DNA of 64,000 nucleotides from assembly GCF_009834535.1 (NCBI RefSeq), contig NC_045698.1, positions 24,428,001-24,492,000 on the forward strand, written 5' to 3'. Both the position numbers and the translations under genes were made by a program. The stretch is from Camelus ferus (taxonomy: Eukaryota). Under the pieces are notes generated by a model. The model saw nothing but the letters and a program-made list of their open reading frames with translations, ran no database searches and was not told the DNA's origin. Positions 36,676 to 48,500 of this stretch are shown piece after piece. Positions within the stretch are counted from its first letter, which is position 1. The number at the start of each line of letters is the position of its first letter.

Positions 36676-38131
36676 TGGCAGTTTTCAAATGTTTGTCTCA
36701 GGAACTTTCCGTACTCTTAAAATTATTGAGAACTCCAAAGAGCATTTGTTTATGTATACAGATACTTACCATATCAGAAATTAAAACTGGAAAAATACAA
36801 AAATGTTTATGTATTAATTCATCTAAAATAACAATAAAAATATATTACATGTTCACATACGTAATATTTTTATTAAAAATTATATTTTCCCAAACAAAAC
36901 CATTGTGTGAGAAGTGGCATTGCTTTACCTTTTTGTAAGTTTTTTACCATCTGGCTCAATAAGAAACAGCTAGATTTCCGTACCTGCCTCTGCAGTCAAT
37001 CTGCTGATACTGTGACAGTGTTTGAAGTATGTGAATTACAGCTAGCCTCATATGAGTAGATAGCTGCAAGGGGTATTTTAATATTTTAAATATTTTAATA
37101 AGCTCTCTAGATAATTATGGATGTTCTTCTTTGATTCCACACTGAAACTCAACTAGTTCCTTCCAAGTTAGTTGCAATGTGGGATCTGAAACCAATGTGA
37201 ATCAGTGAGTGAACCTTCCAGAGTCTGTTGCATTAAAATCCACTGTTGTGCATTGCACTTCGAGTAAGTTTCCCACACGCACAATTCTGTAACATCATGC
37301 ATTGGTCATTTCAGATATATTGGTTCACTGAGCTATCAAGGTCTTCCAGATGGTGACACACTTCATGAAGCACATCGGAAAATACATTCATTAATACCAT
37401 GAAGTCTCCAAGTTATTGGGATCCTGTCAAGTCCACAGTCACGATTTTTCTAAATTTCTAACTTTCTCTGGAAATCTCAAATTTTGCCACTGGTGACAGA
37501 TGCCATCAGTTGTTTTCCTTGATGTGACGGACACACTGATCCGCTTCTGAGGTGTCTCCCAGATGCCTCAGTCTGAGTAGCCAGAGTTTGTCATCCTGTC
37601 TTTCAAGTAAAACCAGTGTTCTGAGGGGAGAAAAAGGAAGAGAAGAAAAGAAAAAAAAGGAAAAAAAGGCGGCTGGTTCAGCTTGCAAGTCAGTCACACG
37701 GGCCCTTGTCCTCTCACAACCCTGACACTTGGGTTTGAGGAGAAGTGTTTATGTGAACTTCCCATTTCATACACAGTGTAAAAGCCTCGTACTCAAGGTT
37801 TGTGACTTCGTAAAATTAGTCAGTTTTACTGCTTTATTAAGGATGTTCTCAGGTGAAAATGGCTATTTTGATTTTTTCCCGTGAATGTGTGTCTGGAAAA
37901 AATACAAGGAAGCTAACTCAGTGTGGGCCCGTCTAGATTTATACTAACATGTCAGCAATTTTACCGACTATAATTTCATCAGAGCAAATGCTGACATGGT
38001 AAAAAAGTAAGTAACTATTATTCTTAACCTAATCAGATGATGAAAATTGTTTTGACCTTGTAGTCCCAGCCCTGAAAGGGGGTCAAGTGTCCCCAGAGGT
38101 CCATGAGCTCTCCTTTGTTTGAGAATCACTG
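36676..38131 (-). mobile_element. Full-length Charlie1a (hAT) non-autonomous DNA transposon, about 1456 bp
   Basis: Both ends recognisable (ggcagttttcaaatgtttgtctcagga...ctcttaaaattattgag and gaccttg...ccctgaaaggggg...tttgagaatcactg); decayed 8-bp TSD ggttaaag/tgttaagg. Confidence 0.85.
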
Positions 38132-38582
38132 TGTTAAGGGCGATGGGTCAGTTAGGTTTTAATTCTGCTAGACTTTCTGCTAGACTCGGGGAGAGAACTA
38201 AATTGTCCGAAACCCAGTCCTGGGAAGCTGGGATCTGGTGGAGAAGACAGACGTGTACACCCCTAGGGAAACCATGCCCACACGGGTCCTGGAGGCTGAG
38301 GAGGGAGTAACTCCCTTGACGTGGGGAGGCTGGGGAGCCTGCTCAGAGGGCCTGTGTGCTGGGCCCTGGAACCATGTACCAGTGCATGTTCCCAGCAGAG
38401 CAGTGGCCCAGACCTTAAGTGTCTGAACCCCAGGTGGATGGCAAGGGCCCGGGCTGGCTGGATAACAGGGTGCCTCAGAGTAGGCAGTCCTGCGAAACCG
38501 GAAAGATAGGTGGGTGCTGGTTGGAGGGGGCTGGTTGGCTTTGGGGGTACATAGCTGTTTTACATCACACAGAGCAGGAACG

Positions 38583-38759
38583 TCAGCTCAGCCTAGAGCT
38601 GTGGTCCCCGGACCAGCACCACCTGGGAACTTGTCAGAAACGCAGGTTCTCAGGCCCCACCAAGACCTACTGAATCAGGAACTCTGAGCGTAGCCATGGA
38701 TGTCCGAATAAGCTCTCCTTGTTAAGATTCTGATGCCTGCTAAAGTTTGAGAACCAGGT
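38583..38759. mobile_element. MER5A MITE, followed by a second MER5-like copy to about 38940
   Basis: gtggtccccggaccagcaccacctgggaacttgtcagaaacgcaggttctcaggccccacc...taaagtttgagaacc. Confidence 0.8.
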
Positions 38760-39079
38760 GCCTAGAAAGTGACTCTTGAAAGAGAAGTCTCACCTGCATC
38801 AGAATCCTCTTGGGCTGAGGGTGGGACACCTGCATGTATGTCCCTGGGCCCCAACCAGAGCTACCAAATCAGAACCTCGGAAGCAGAGCCCAGAAACCTG
38901 GATGTCTGCAAATTTGATTGAATTGCGAGCGTCACTGAACTAGCAGAGACGAGGCTGAAGGAAAACTTCCTAATTTTTACCAAAAATTATGTTTTGGTAG
39001 ACGGATTTTTGAGGAAGGAATATAAACATAATTTCACCTAGTTTCCATTGCAAGTCACTGTTTATCTGCGTTTTTACAG

Positions 39080-39201
39080 GGCATAAGTGAACCGTGGATT
39101 CTCTGCAGATTCACCAAATCCATCCACCGTTCTTTCCCGAAGCCTCTCTGGACATCACTGATCTTTACAACTTACGGTGCGGATTTGGGAAGTGGAGTGA
39201 A
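39080..39201 (+). other. Candidate 122-nt exon
   Basis: Acceptor tttatctgcgtttttacag|, donor GAA|GTAGGT, within unique CpG-retaining sequence. Confidence 0.25.
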
Positions 39202-39894
39202 GTAGGTGACTGATCGCACAAATAATTGCAAAGCACAATGAGATCTTCTGCCAGAATGAAGGCCACGTTATGATTATCTAAGGGAAGGGGTGTCTCCTGG
39301 TGGTTACTGAGAGCACCTAGATGTCTAGTTCTGGTTTTCTCCCGGCTAAGCAGACGTTAAGGGACACCCGCAACTTAATTCCCTCAAGTAGTTGCTCTAG
39401 TCAGACGTAGTATTTCCTCAATCTCTCCAGTAAATTTGAGTTAAATATAATGTAGCCGGGTGTTAAGTGGACAGTATTTTGCCAGGCACTTCAAAATTAT
39501 AGATTCTTCCACATGGATTTGTGGGAGATGAGGGGAAACACATTGAGGGATTTAGTTTGTGTGTGAGCCTAGAAAGTGAGCGCCAGTCTCGGATGTGTGA
39601 CCAGCAGGTGCTCTGGGAGATTTCCTGTGTAACTTACGTAGACAGGACGGGTTGGGCTGTGGACAGGATGGGGGTGTAGACAGCACTGGAAGGGAAGGGT
39701 TTAAGGAGATGATATTTGAATCTTGCAGTTTTTTTTTTTTAGCTTTTCTTAGTCCAAAAGGTAAAGAAATGCTATTAAATATGCTTTTATACATAAACCT
39801 TATAAAGGAAATAAGACTAGAAAATAATACTTATTCTGCAGTGTGTGTCTAGTGTCTTTCCTTTGAAAGTGGCTGGACTTTCATCTTCTGTGTT

Positions 39895-40207
39895 TTGTTT
39901 TATATATTTTTATTGTGATATAATCAGGTTACAATGTCGTGTCAATTTTTGGTGTACAGCATAACACTTCAGTCATATAGGAACATACATATATTCATTT
40001 TCATAATTCTCTTTCACCATAAGTTACTACAAGATACTGAACATGGTTCCCTGTGCTATACAGCACAAACTTGCTATTTATCTATTTTATATATAGTTAG
40101 TATCTGCAAATCTCAAACTCCCAATTTATCATTCCCCCCCTCTCTGGTAACGATAAGTTTGTTTTCTGTATCTGTGAGCCTGCTTCTGTATTGTAAATAA
40201 GTTCTTC
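39895..40207 (-). mobile_element. Young L1 3' end
   Basis: Reverse complement closely matches the 3' UTR of the L1 at 7430-7750 (ccctgtgctatacag, tagttagtatctgcaaatctcaaactc). Confidence 0.9.
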
Positions 40208-41913
40208 TTCTTTTTTATAAAATGCTTTGGGATAAATGTTACCCTTAAATCAGAAAAAAGACGGTATGGACTACATACTCACTTTCTGAGTCTTCCTCCC
40301 AACTATATTCGTCAGAGACCACCTAAAGTGAAAAGGTTTTGTGGTTAGATTTACTTAAAAGAAGCCCATTCTTCATTTGGAGGAAAGTTTCGCATCACCA
40401 GGGAGTCTTTTAAAGGTTCCAGCAAATCGATTTTAATTTAAGGGAAAAGGTGTTGTGGGCTTAGGGGTAGGGGAAGGGGTTCTCAGACCCCACCTCGATG
40501 CACTTCAGTCTGAAGCCTGTGCTTTTTTAAACACTCTCTGGTCCCGTTTGCTTTGGGACACTGGTTTCTGAGGTGCTTGACAGAAACTGAAACTCCCCCA
40601 CCCAGAGCTTCAGCTGATTCGTGGATGTTAGGAGCACCTGCAGCACCCAGAGGGGCCCAGGGCAGACGGTCTGCCCATTAAAGGCACGGACACTGGCCGA
40701 AGGGCAGAACTGGGTCAGAAAACATGGCTCTTGGCCTTTCATCTAAAAGACAAGTCTGCCTGTGACAATTTAGAGACACACACCCTTTTAAGAAATCATT
40801 TGGGAAAAATCTGCCTGTGCATGAACTGAGGAACATAAGTTCCAGCCCTCTGAGCCTCGGGGGTCTCATCTGCTGCAGACCCGTCCACGTTGGTGACGCT
40901 CGCCGTGTTTCCCCAGTGGGAAGAAATGCCGTTTCAACTGATAGGCACTTGCAGCCTGGCTGGTAATCACTGTCCATCTGGGAGGAGCAGATGAAATCAG
41001 CATGTGCCTGATGTGGTTTTCTTGTCCAAACCTGCAGTGATCAAATATCCCCTTAATATGTCACATCATTATGCATGCCCTCCATCAAATTCAGCTAAAA
41101 TGTACAGAGAAACTCCCATATGCAAAGCACTGTGTGTGCTCCATCCAGTGGAAGGCTCCCCACTCCAAAGATCTCTGACTCTATCCCTTGGGAATCTTCA
41201 AAAACATACCTGTGTTTATGCCCATTTTCTTTCACCATTCTTTTCTTCTGAATGTTTAATTTTGTGTATTTAAAAGCAATGATTGCGGTTCTGCTTAAAA
41301 CAAGGATGGTGGCTTGCTACTGTTTCTTGCCACCAGCTGCCTCTGTATTTTTCTTCCTACTCCTCATATTATGAAACTACAGGCATCAATAGTTAAATTG
41401 CAGTATTCTGGAAATAAAATATGGTTGCAGATACTTTACATTTTATAAAGTTATAGTGTTTCAAACTTCTTTACCTAATACTCATTGAGTATTAATAAAA
41501 GAAGCATAGATGGATGCTGAGATTAAGAGATTCATTTCAATGTAGAATTATTATTCTTACAAGTTTAATGTTGGAGCTTATTTTTCAAGACTGAGTATAT
41601 TCCAGTTCTCTTAATAAAAGAATTATCTTTTTCTCATAATAGTTTTTTTATTCTACAGTGATTCTAGTTCTGTAAAATATGTCCAGCTTCGCTGTCATGG
41701 ACTAGAACTCACTGAGGAAAAGGTGGTGTCATATCTTCACTATTTGTCCAAGGTTATCTCAGTCTCAGTAAGTGTGTAATAGGAATTGACTTAAGACATA
41801 GTGTACAACAGCGTGCAATATTACAGTTAGCACATCCAGTGTTCACCAGTATAACAGCATCTCCACCACTGGACCCCACATCTCCACTGAAGGAGAGTCT
41901 ATTGTGGGCACAG

Positions 41914-42417
41914 TGTTGCGGGCCAGTGATGCGCGTTGTTAGAAGAATTACCAGAGACCAAGAAGAGTTTAGGAAAGTTTAATAGGGGTGCTGTTATAGG
42001 GGACAGCGGGCCACACAGCCGAGAGGGGCCTGGGAGAGCACCGAGGGTGGGCATGCAGGGTCTTTTATTGGGGGGAGGGGGCTGTGCACAGCAGAAGTAG
42101 GGGCTGCATGATCAGTTCCTGCACAGACACCTGATTGGTTGTAAGCTCTGTCAGGGACTTCTCTGAACAGTAGGTTTCAGGACTTTGATAAGGGCCGGAG
42201 GTGAGGCCTGTTGCCTAAGGTACTGTGAGATGGGCTGTCTCCCGGGGCGATGAGTATTGTTAGGGTAAACACACATCAAGAGATGTTCTCATTCTGCAGA
42301 AATGCAGGCATGCAGAGGGTCCTGCAGTGGGGAGTGGGGGCTAAGGTGCCAAGAGGCTCCAGGCACACGGAGAGCCCAGGGGAGGGGGTTATGACTCCAG
42401 AGAGTGCCAGCTCCACA
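41914..42417 (-). mobile_element. ERV solo LTR, about 500 bp, probably lineage-specific
   Basis: Minus strand TGTGGAG...CGCAACA; CCAAT (42134-38), TATA-like AATAAAAG (42062-69) and ATTAAA poly(A) signal (41978-83) in U3-R-U5 order; many CpGs retained. Confidence 0.75.
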
Positions 42418-42671
42418 GAAGCCACTTTTGAGAATCAAGGATGTTGTTTGTTAACAATCTGAAGGAAGTCTGTTTCTCAGACCCAGTGCCGTCATGACTG
42501 GCCACCTGGGAAATGACTGCTCACAGGAACACTTTAAGGTGAGGGGTAAATGATGCAATATCCTAAGGACCAAACTATCCCCCTCACAAATCTTTGAATT
42601 ACATGAGGAACAGATAATCCAAGCTCATCAAGTAATTCTTTCAGAATTAACAAGGAAAGGCTGGAATGTAC

Positions 42672-42840
42672 ACAACCTAGCTCCTTAATTTGCCAATTCA
42701 GTGTAAAGTGAAAATGCAAGGCCCTTTGTTCAAAATTATTAAGAAGTTCAAAAGGGAAGGAGCAGAGCATTAAATCAAGGAGCCTGGTGCCCTTCTCAGT
42801 GCCAGGTCCCTTGTGACTGCCTTGGCTTCATCTGCAAAAC
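42672..42840 (-). mobile_element. MER45A (hAT-Tip100) MITE
   Basis: gtgaaaatgcaaggccctttgttcaaaattattaagaa...gcagagcattaaatcaag...cccttctcag. Confidence 0.8.
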
Positions 42841-43197
42841 AGGGTAAGTGTTAACTAACCAGTGTCTAAGCAATCTTCTAAAGTCAACATTCCATCCTTC
42901 TCATTAGAGCTTCTTACATGGTCTAGTTCTCCACAGTTACAAGAGTAAGAGATGATTTCCCCTAAAGCCATTTTTCCTACCCACTGCCTCTTTCTTTCAT
43001 GGGAACCACATTTCTCGTACTTTCTCAGAGCCATCTTGGTTTCTTTCTTTTCCTCAACTAATTTGTTTAACAAGCCACTAAGACTTGTCCCTTATAATGT
43101 TTTATGTTTATTTATTCTTTACCTTTCTCCTGGCCAAAGACCGCATTCCAGGTTCTAAGTTTTTACGACAATCTTTTTTTAAGCTAACCTTACCAAC

Positions 43198-43716
43198 TGC
43201 ATCTGTCACCTAATGCTGTGTAACAGATCATCCCCAAATTTATTATCTTTACAAGTTTTTGTGTCTCAGAAATTCAGATATAGGTTAACTGAGGGGTTTG
43301 GCTCAGGATTTCCCATAAAGTTGCAGTCAGACTATCCCCAGGGATGCGATCATCTAAGGCTTGACAGGGTGGAAGATGTGCTTCCGGGATGGCTTATTCA
43401 TGTGGCTGTCATGGGGACGCTGGTTGTTAGTGAGAACTCTTGTCATCCTCCCAACTTGGGCCTCTCCTTGGAGCAGCTTAAATGTCTCATGACACTGGAG
43501 CTGACTTCCCTAAAGGAAGGGATCCAAGAGAGACAGTTAGGCAGAAACTACACTTTTGACAACCTAGCCTGAGAAGTCACACACTACTCTTTATGCCATG
43601 TTCTGTTAGAAGTGAGACATCCACTGCAGCCCACGGTCCAGGGAAGGGAGATTAGGTTCCATATCTTGGAGGAAGGAGTGTCAAAAATTTTACAATCGTA
43701 TTTTAAAACTACTACA
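43198..43716 (-). mobile_element. MaLR solo LTR (MLT1F/G/H-like)
   Basis: tgcatctgtcacctaatgctgtgtaaca...gagaagtcacacact...ttttaaaactactaca; about 520 bp, TG...CA ends. Confidence 0.8.
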
Positions 43717-45423
43717 TCATCCTTTCCTCTACCTGCTGTGAAAAGGCACGTTTAGTTCCTTCCACATTCAGCTTCCTAAACCACAGCTTTACTCAATTCA
43801 GTTCCCGGGTCACGAAATGTAAATGACTTGAACGTATAAAAGAACAAGTAAGAGCATCCCTTATTGCTCTAGTCAGCACTCTGGGACCCATCATACTTCC
43901 GGACCCAGCAATCCTCTCCAGCCAGGCCTGCGCACTCCCCAGCCCCCAACACACCTGGACCTTCCTCAGGCATGGATACCATGCTTCTATCCTCACTGTT
44001 TCTCCCTGTTCCAATGCCCTCTGCTTCAGCACTTACAGGTTCAAAATAAAACTCATCCAGTCATCCTTTCAGATTTTCTGTGGAAAGACAGTGTTTTTCT
44101 GGTTACTACCATTTTTTCAGCCATTCACTGATGGTTTTTGGGACACCAACATTCAAAGATCCAGGCAGTGTGCTGAAAGGTGGGGATACAAAGGTGATAG
44201 TGTTTTCAGTCTGGAGTGTTCATAGGTGCTCCTTTTAAATTTCCTTTTGTAAGATCCCTTAGGAGCCTTGTTCACTGGAAGGAGCCTGGCACTAGGTATG
44301 TGCTGGGTATTCAATAATAGTCACTGATTGAAGAAGCAAATAAAGATGATAAAATCAGTAGGTATGGCTAATTCTCTCCAACAAGAAGTGGCATTTTGCT
44401 TTCTTCCTTTAAAAAAAGACAGCTCTTTTGACGCATTTGAGAGAATTAAACCTATTTTGTCTTAAACTAGAATTATAATACTCAAATGTTAATCTGATTA
44501 CAACAGCAAAAAAGGTAGTAGTTTCACATTGATAATTGGTTTTCTGCTCCCTTCTTCAGCCCACCCTCTAATCTTACATCTGTTTACAATATTGTTATCC
44601 TGACTTGATCTGTTTTTGATATTTAAATCTTTATGAATTCTGAACTATCACACAATACAATCAATATTATAAAGAGAAAGGCCCTCTACCTGAACACTCC
44701 TGCAATTGTCTGTCAAATGCCCCAAATGTGTCTTGTTTTGATTTCCTGTATATACTTCACAGGAGGAAAGAGCCAATCTTTATGGTGCAACGTTTTAGCT
44801 GGCAAAGCTCTGCCTTCATAAATGTTCACTAAAAGCTTAGGAACAAGGCATGAGTCGGATTCCTGGAAAACCTTTGGCCACATGGGTCTGAATCACTCCT
44901 CTCAAGAGACAAAACAAGGTGCTAAACAGAAATTGCCTGATGCAGAAGGAATGTGATATGATGTGATGCCTCACAAAACACAAGGGATCTCCTGTTGGGT
45001 GGCTTGGATTCTGTCTTTCAACATCCATACCCAAGATGAGCATCAATAAACAGGGGAACTTGGTAGTATTGACCTCAAGGAAGAAATAAAGCCAGAATCA
45101 GGGCTGGCTCCCCCGAGCTATTGCAGAAGGGATCTCGTCTGACATGCTGGGCTAGTGGACTGGTTAACTACGTGTGAGTCCTCACTGTGGAGAGCTGCGT
45201 GGCTCTTTGGTCTCCATGAACCTTTATCTTGTTAGAAAACCATCCAACTAGGAAATGACTTCACATTCTCTTAATGTTCTGCCTCTACAAAGGCAACATG
45301 GAGTTGAGCTGTCTGGTTTTCAAACGTCTCCTTTCAAGCTTAAGCTGCCTTAGAGTTGGGTATGGAGTAAACTTCTTGATTGTGTACGAGCTGAATGTTG
45401 GAAAAATTGGAAAGCTGGCTTTT

Positions 45424-45581
45424 AAAAATCTTAAAAATAATAAACTATAATGGAAAAGACTAGAAAGAAGAATATAGATATATACATACATAGGGCATAA
45501 CAGAATCACTTTGTTGTATACCTGTAAGTAACACAAAATTGTAAATCAACTATACTTTAAAAACAAAGAAAAAAATCTTAA
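45424..45581 (+). mobile_element. About 136-bp L1 3' tail with 11-bp perfect TSD
   Basis: TSD aaaaatcttaa at 45424-34 and 45571-81, TT|AAAA endonuclease site, L1 tail acagaatcactttgttgtatacctg...ttgtaaatcaactatact. Confidence 0.85.
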
Positions 45582-48500
45582 GAAAAAAAACCTAGGATAG
45601 ATTCTCACTAAATGAGGAAGGTTACAAGATGCTTCTTTCTGGAAGTAGCGGGAAGCACTCAGAGCTTCTTTCAGAATGACGAGCATATGAAAAGTGACCA
45701 GCCTTGCTCCATTTGTAAGAATATGCCATACTGCTTGTGGATTTTCTCTTTCTCCAAAGACTGATTGCCACATGCTGGTTATGTTCTGAGCTGTCTGAAG
45801 GTCCTCTTGACCAGATACCCAACTTTAGGTCATGCTAGAGAAATACAATGAGCACTCTTGCAGGTGTTACATGACCAATCTTGGAACACTGGGTCAGCAG
45901 GACATCGGGGCTGCCCTCCTATTCACAGCTGGAGAAGTGAGAGTTCAGCCTCTTGGAAGGAGCATTGCCCAAGGTATCTCGGCAGGGCTGGGAAGCTCTG
46001 ACTTCTGATCTTGGGCTCCAGCCATGACGTCCTCCTCCCCGCACAGTGATTGGGTCAGACAGACATATTCCCTGGGGACACAAGACAGAAGTTCTCAAAA
46101 CGTTTTCTTTTTCAAGCTTGTTGGAACTAATGGACAAGGGGAAAGTCACCTGCAGGACAGCCTCACATGGGGACTCGTGGTTGAAACATATGTATATTTA
46201 ATTGGCAGCAGTATAGATAAGAGTATGGGAAATTTGAGGTGTAGTGTCGCCATTACTTCATTCCTCTCCTTCCCACTGATCTGGGTCACAATCACCTTCT
46301 TGATAATCCTCACTAACCGATACATCAGAATTTATGTCACTGCATGATCCCAGAGACATGGGTGACACAGGGCAGTGTAGTGAACAGGGGTTTTGTGACT
46401 CCACTGACTCTACTAATCATTAAATATTTATTAACTCTAATAATCTTGAAAGGAGTAGTGAAAGAATATAACAAAAGAAGCCCACTAAGGCCTGCACATT
46501 GTGGTGGGGTCGGGGGGTCCACTCCCAACTCTGGCACCAGCTAACTGTGTAACATTGGGTCTAATTTAATCTGCGGCTAATTTTCCTCCTTTATAAAATT
46601 AGGAAATTGGAGTAGATGACCTCAAAAGTGCCTGTCTATAATCTTATGGATTTATAAATTTGCACAAAGATTTTTTTTTTACTTTTATAGCCCTTGTTTT
46701 TCATGATTATTATAAGAAATTTTTCAGTGAAGAAACTTTCCAATATTAATTTTCATTCACTTAATTTTACCATAAAACATTCTGACCATTACTATTTGGA
46801 AAGCAATAATTAAAATAAAATGAATCCCATCCCTGTGGAATATACAAAGATTAAATAGGGGAATGAACATAAAGTGCTTCTCATGGCCTCAATAGTAAAT
46901 TCTCAATAAGTGGAAACAACTTTTATTGTTAATATCACAATCATTTTTTCATTCATAAATATTAATGCCTATACCAGCTCATGGCAATAGATGAATGAAA
47001 CAAGACAGACAAGTGTATTATCTTCACGATTACTGTTGGCTGAGCCGAGTGATTCCCAAGCTGACCCAGGCCATTTTAGAACTTGATGAGCAAATATTCA
47101 CGACCAGAAGTGCCCTCTTCCGTTTGGTCCTACCCTGTGAAGGGCTAGGGATGAGTTGGGTCTGAGGGACCGCATCAAGGGAAAGAGCCATCTCCTGTTC
47201 TGATTTGCAATGAGTTACATGGATAGCTTCCCATGTTTCTTACTCCACAAAGTCCATTCCAGGCTTATGTTAATAAGTCTTTGGTGGTTCTCCCCCTTTC
47301 AGAGTGCAGCGGCAATGGGCTCGCCTAAGGTAATGTGACTACCCTCCCATCAAATCATTTACTTGTGTCTTTTATTCCCTTTAGGAGCTAAGTAATAATC
47401 ACAAAGTACAGCAAATATTGCTGGGAAGTCTTATGGATTCATCCTGGTTAATCATTCTGTACTTCCTGGATGCAAGTTATACACAAAATCAAGTGATTCT
47501 CCTACCCACGCTGCCCCATGTAGAAAAACTTTAATTTGGTCATGTCAAGGACAGAAACCTTCACAGGGAGAAATTGTTAATGCTCTCAGTGACAAATTGA
47601 CCAGTTAAACCTGGTTCTACTGTTCTTGTTCAGTTTTCTGTTTAGTTCTAGAAAGTTCAAAGCAGCAAATTTATCCTTCTTTTCCTGGGGAGATACTCAT
47701 TAAATTTTTTTCTTAGCATTTAAAAACATATTGACTAACATAATTATAAAATATAATTTTTCTACTTTCCTCCTCTCAACAGAGGCATGCATTTGGCCAC
47801 ATACGGTGAAATTCAGTTCCTAGGAGCAGCCTAATTCCGCTAGAAGACACCGTGGATGCGTGGATGGGCTCCAAATTGTACCGAATGTGGGTTTTCTTCT
47901 ATTCTTCCCGGTCAACGTGGGAGGAATGGGATGCTGGCAAGTGGGAGAAAGAATTTTTTTCCTTTTGTTGTACAGAGACACCCACAAGGATTTTAAGTAT
48001 CTTTCCTTGAAAAGAACAGACATACTGAGGGGAGTTATGACTATTTTAGAAAGAATATAAAAGTCAAACTTTTATTATTAGCATGTTCTGGCTACCATCA
48101 AAGTATCTGCACTTAATTCTGTCAAAGTTATATAACACATCACACATTTAACTGGAGTTGGGTCAAGCCATCCTCATGACTTTCACTCTGCCCTTCTCCC
48201 AAACTTGGATACTGATGACCTCTGCTCCTTGCTGGGCTTAGCTGCTCACTCTTTTAGATTAGTTGTGTTAATCTCAGTAAGGAGCAAAGGGGTGTTATTA
48301 TGTTCTTGGGGGAAATGACAGAAAAAAAAAGAGTTGGAAAGGTATGGAGACGAAGGTCCTTGAACCTGGGCAAATTTTACTTCCTTGCATACCCACTTCA
48401 CTGCTATTTTGTCAGTAATCATTCATTTGCTAAACTTACAGGTTTCCATAAGCTATGGGGGATGGAGAAAATGAATCAAAGAAGGTAGCTAAAATATGTA

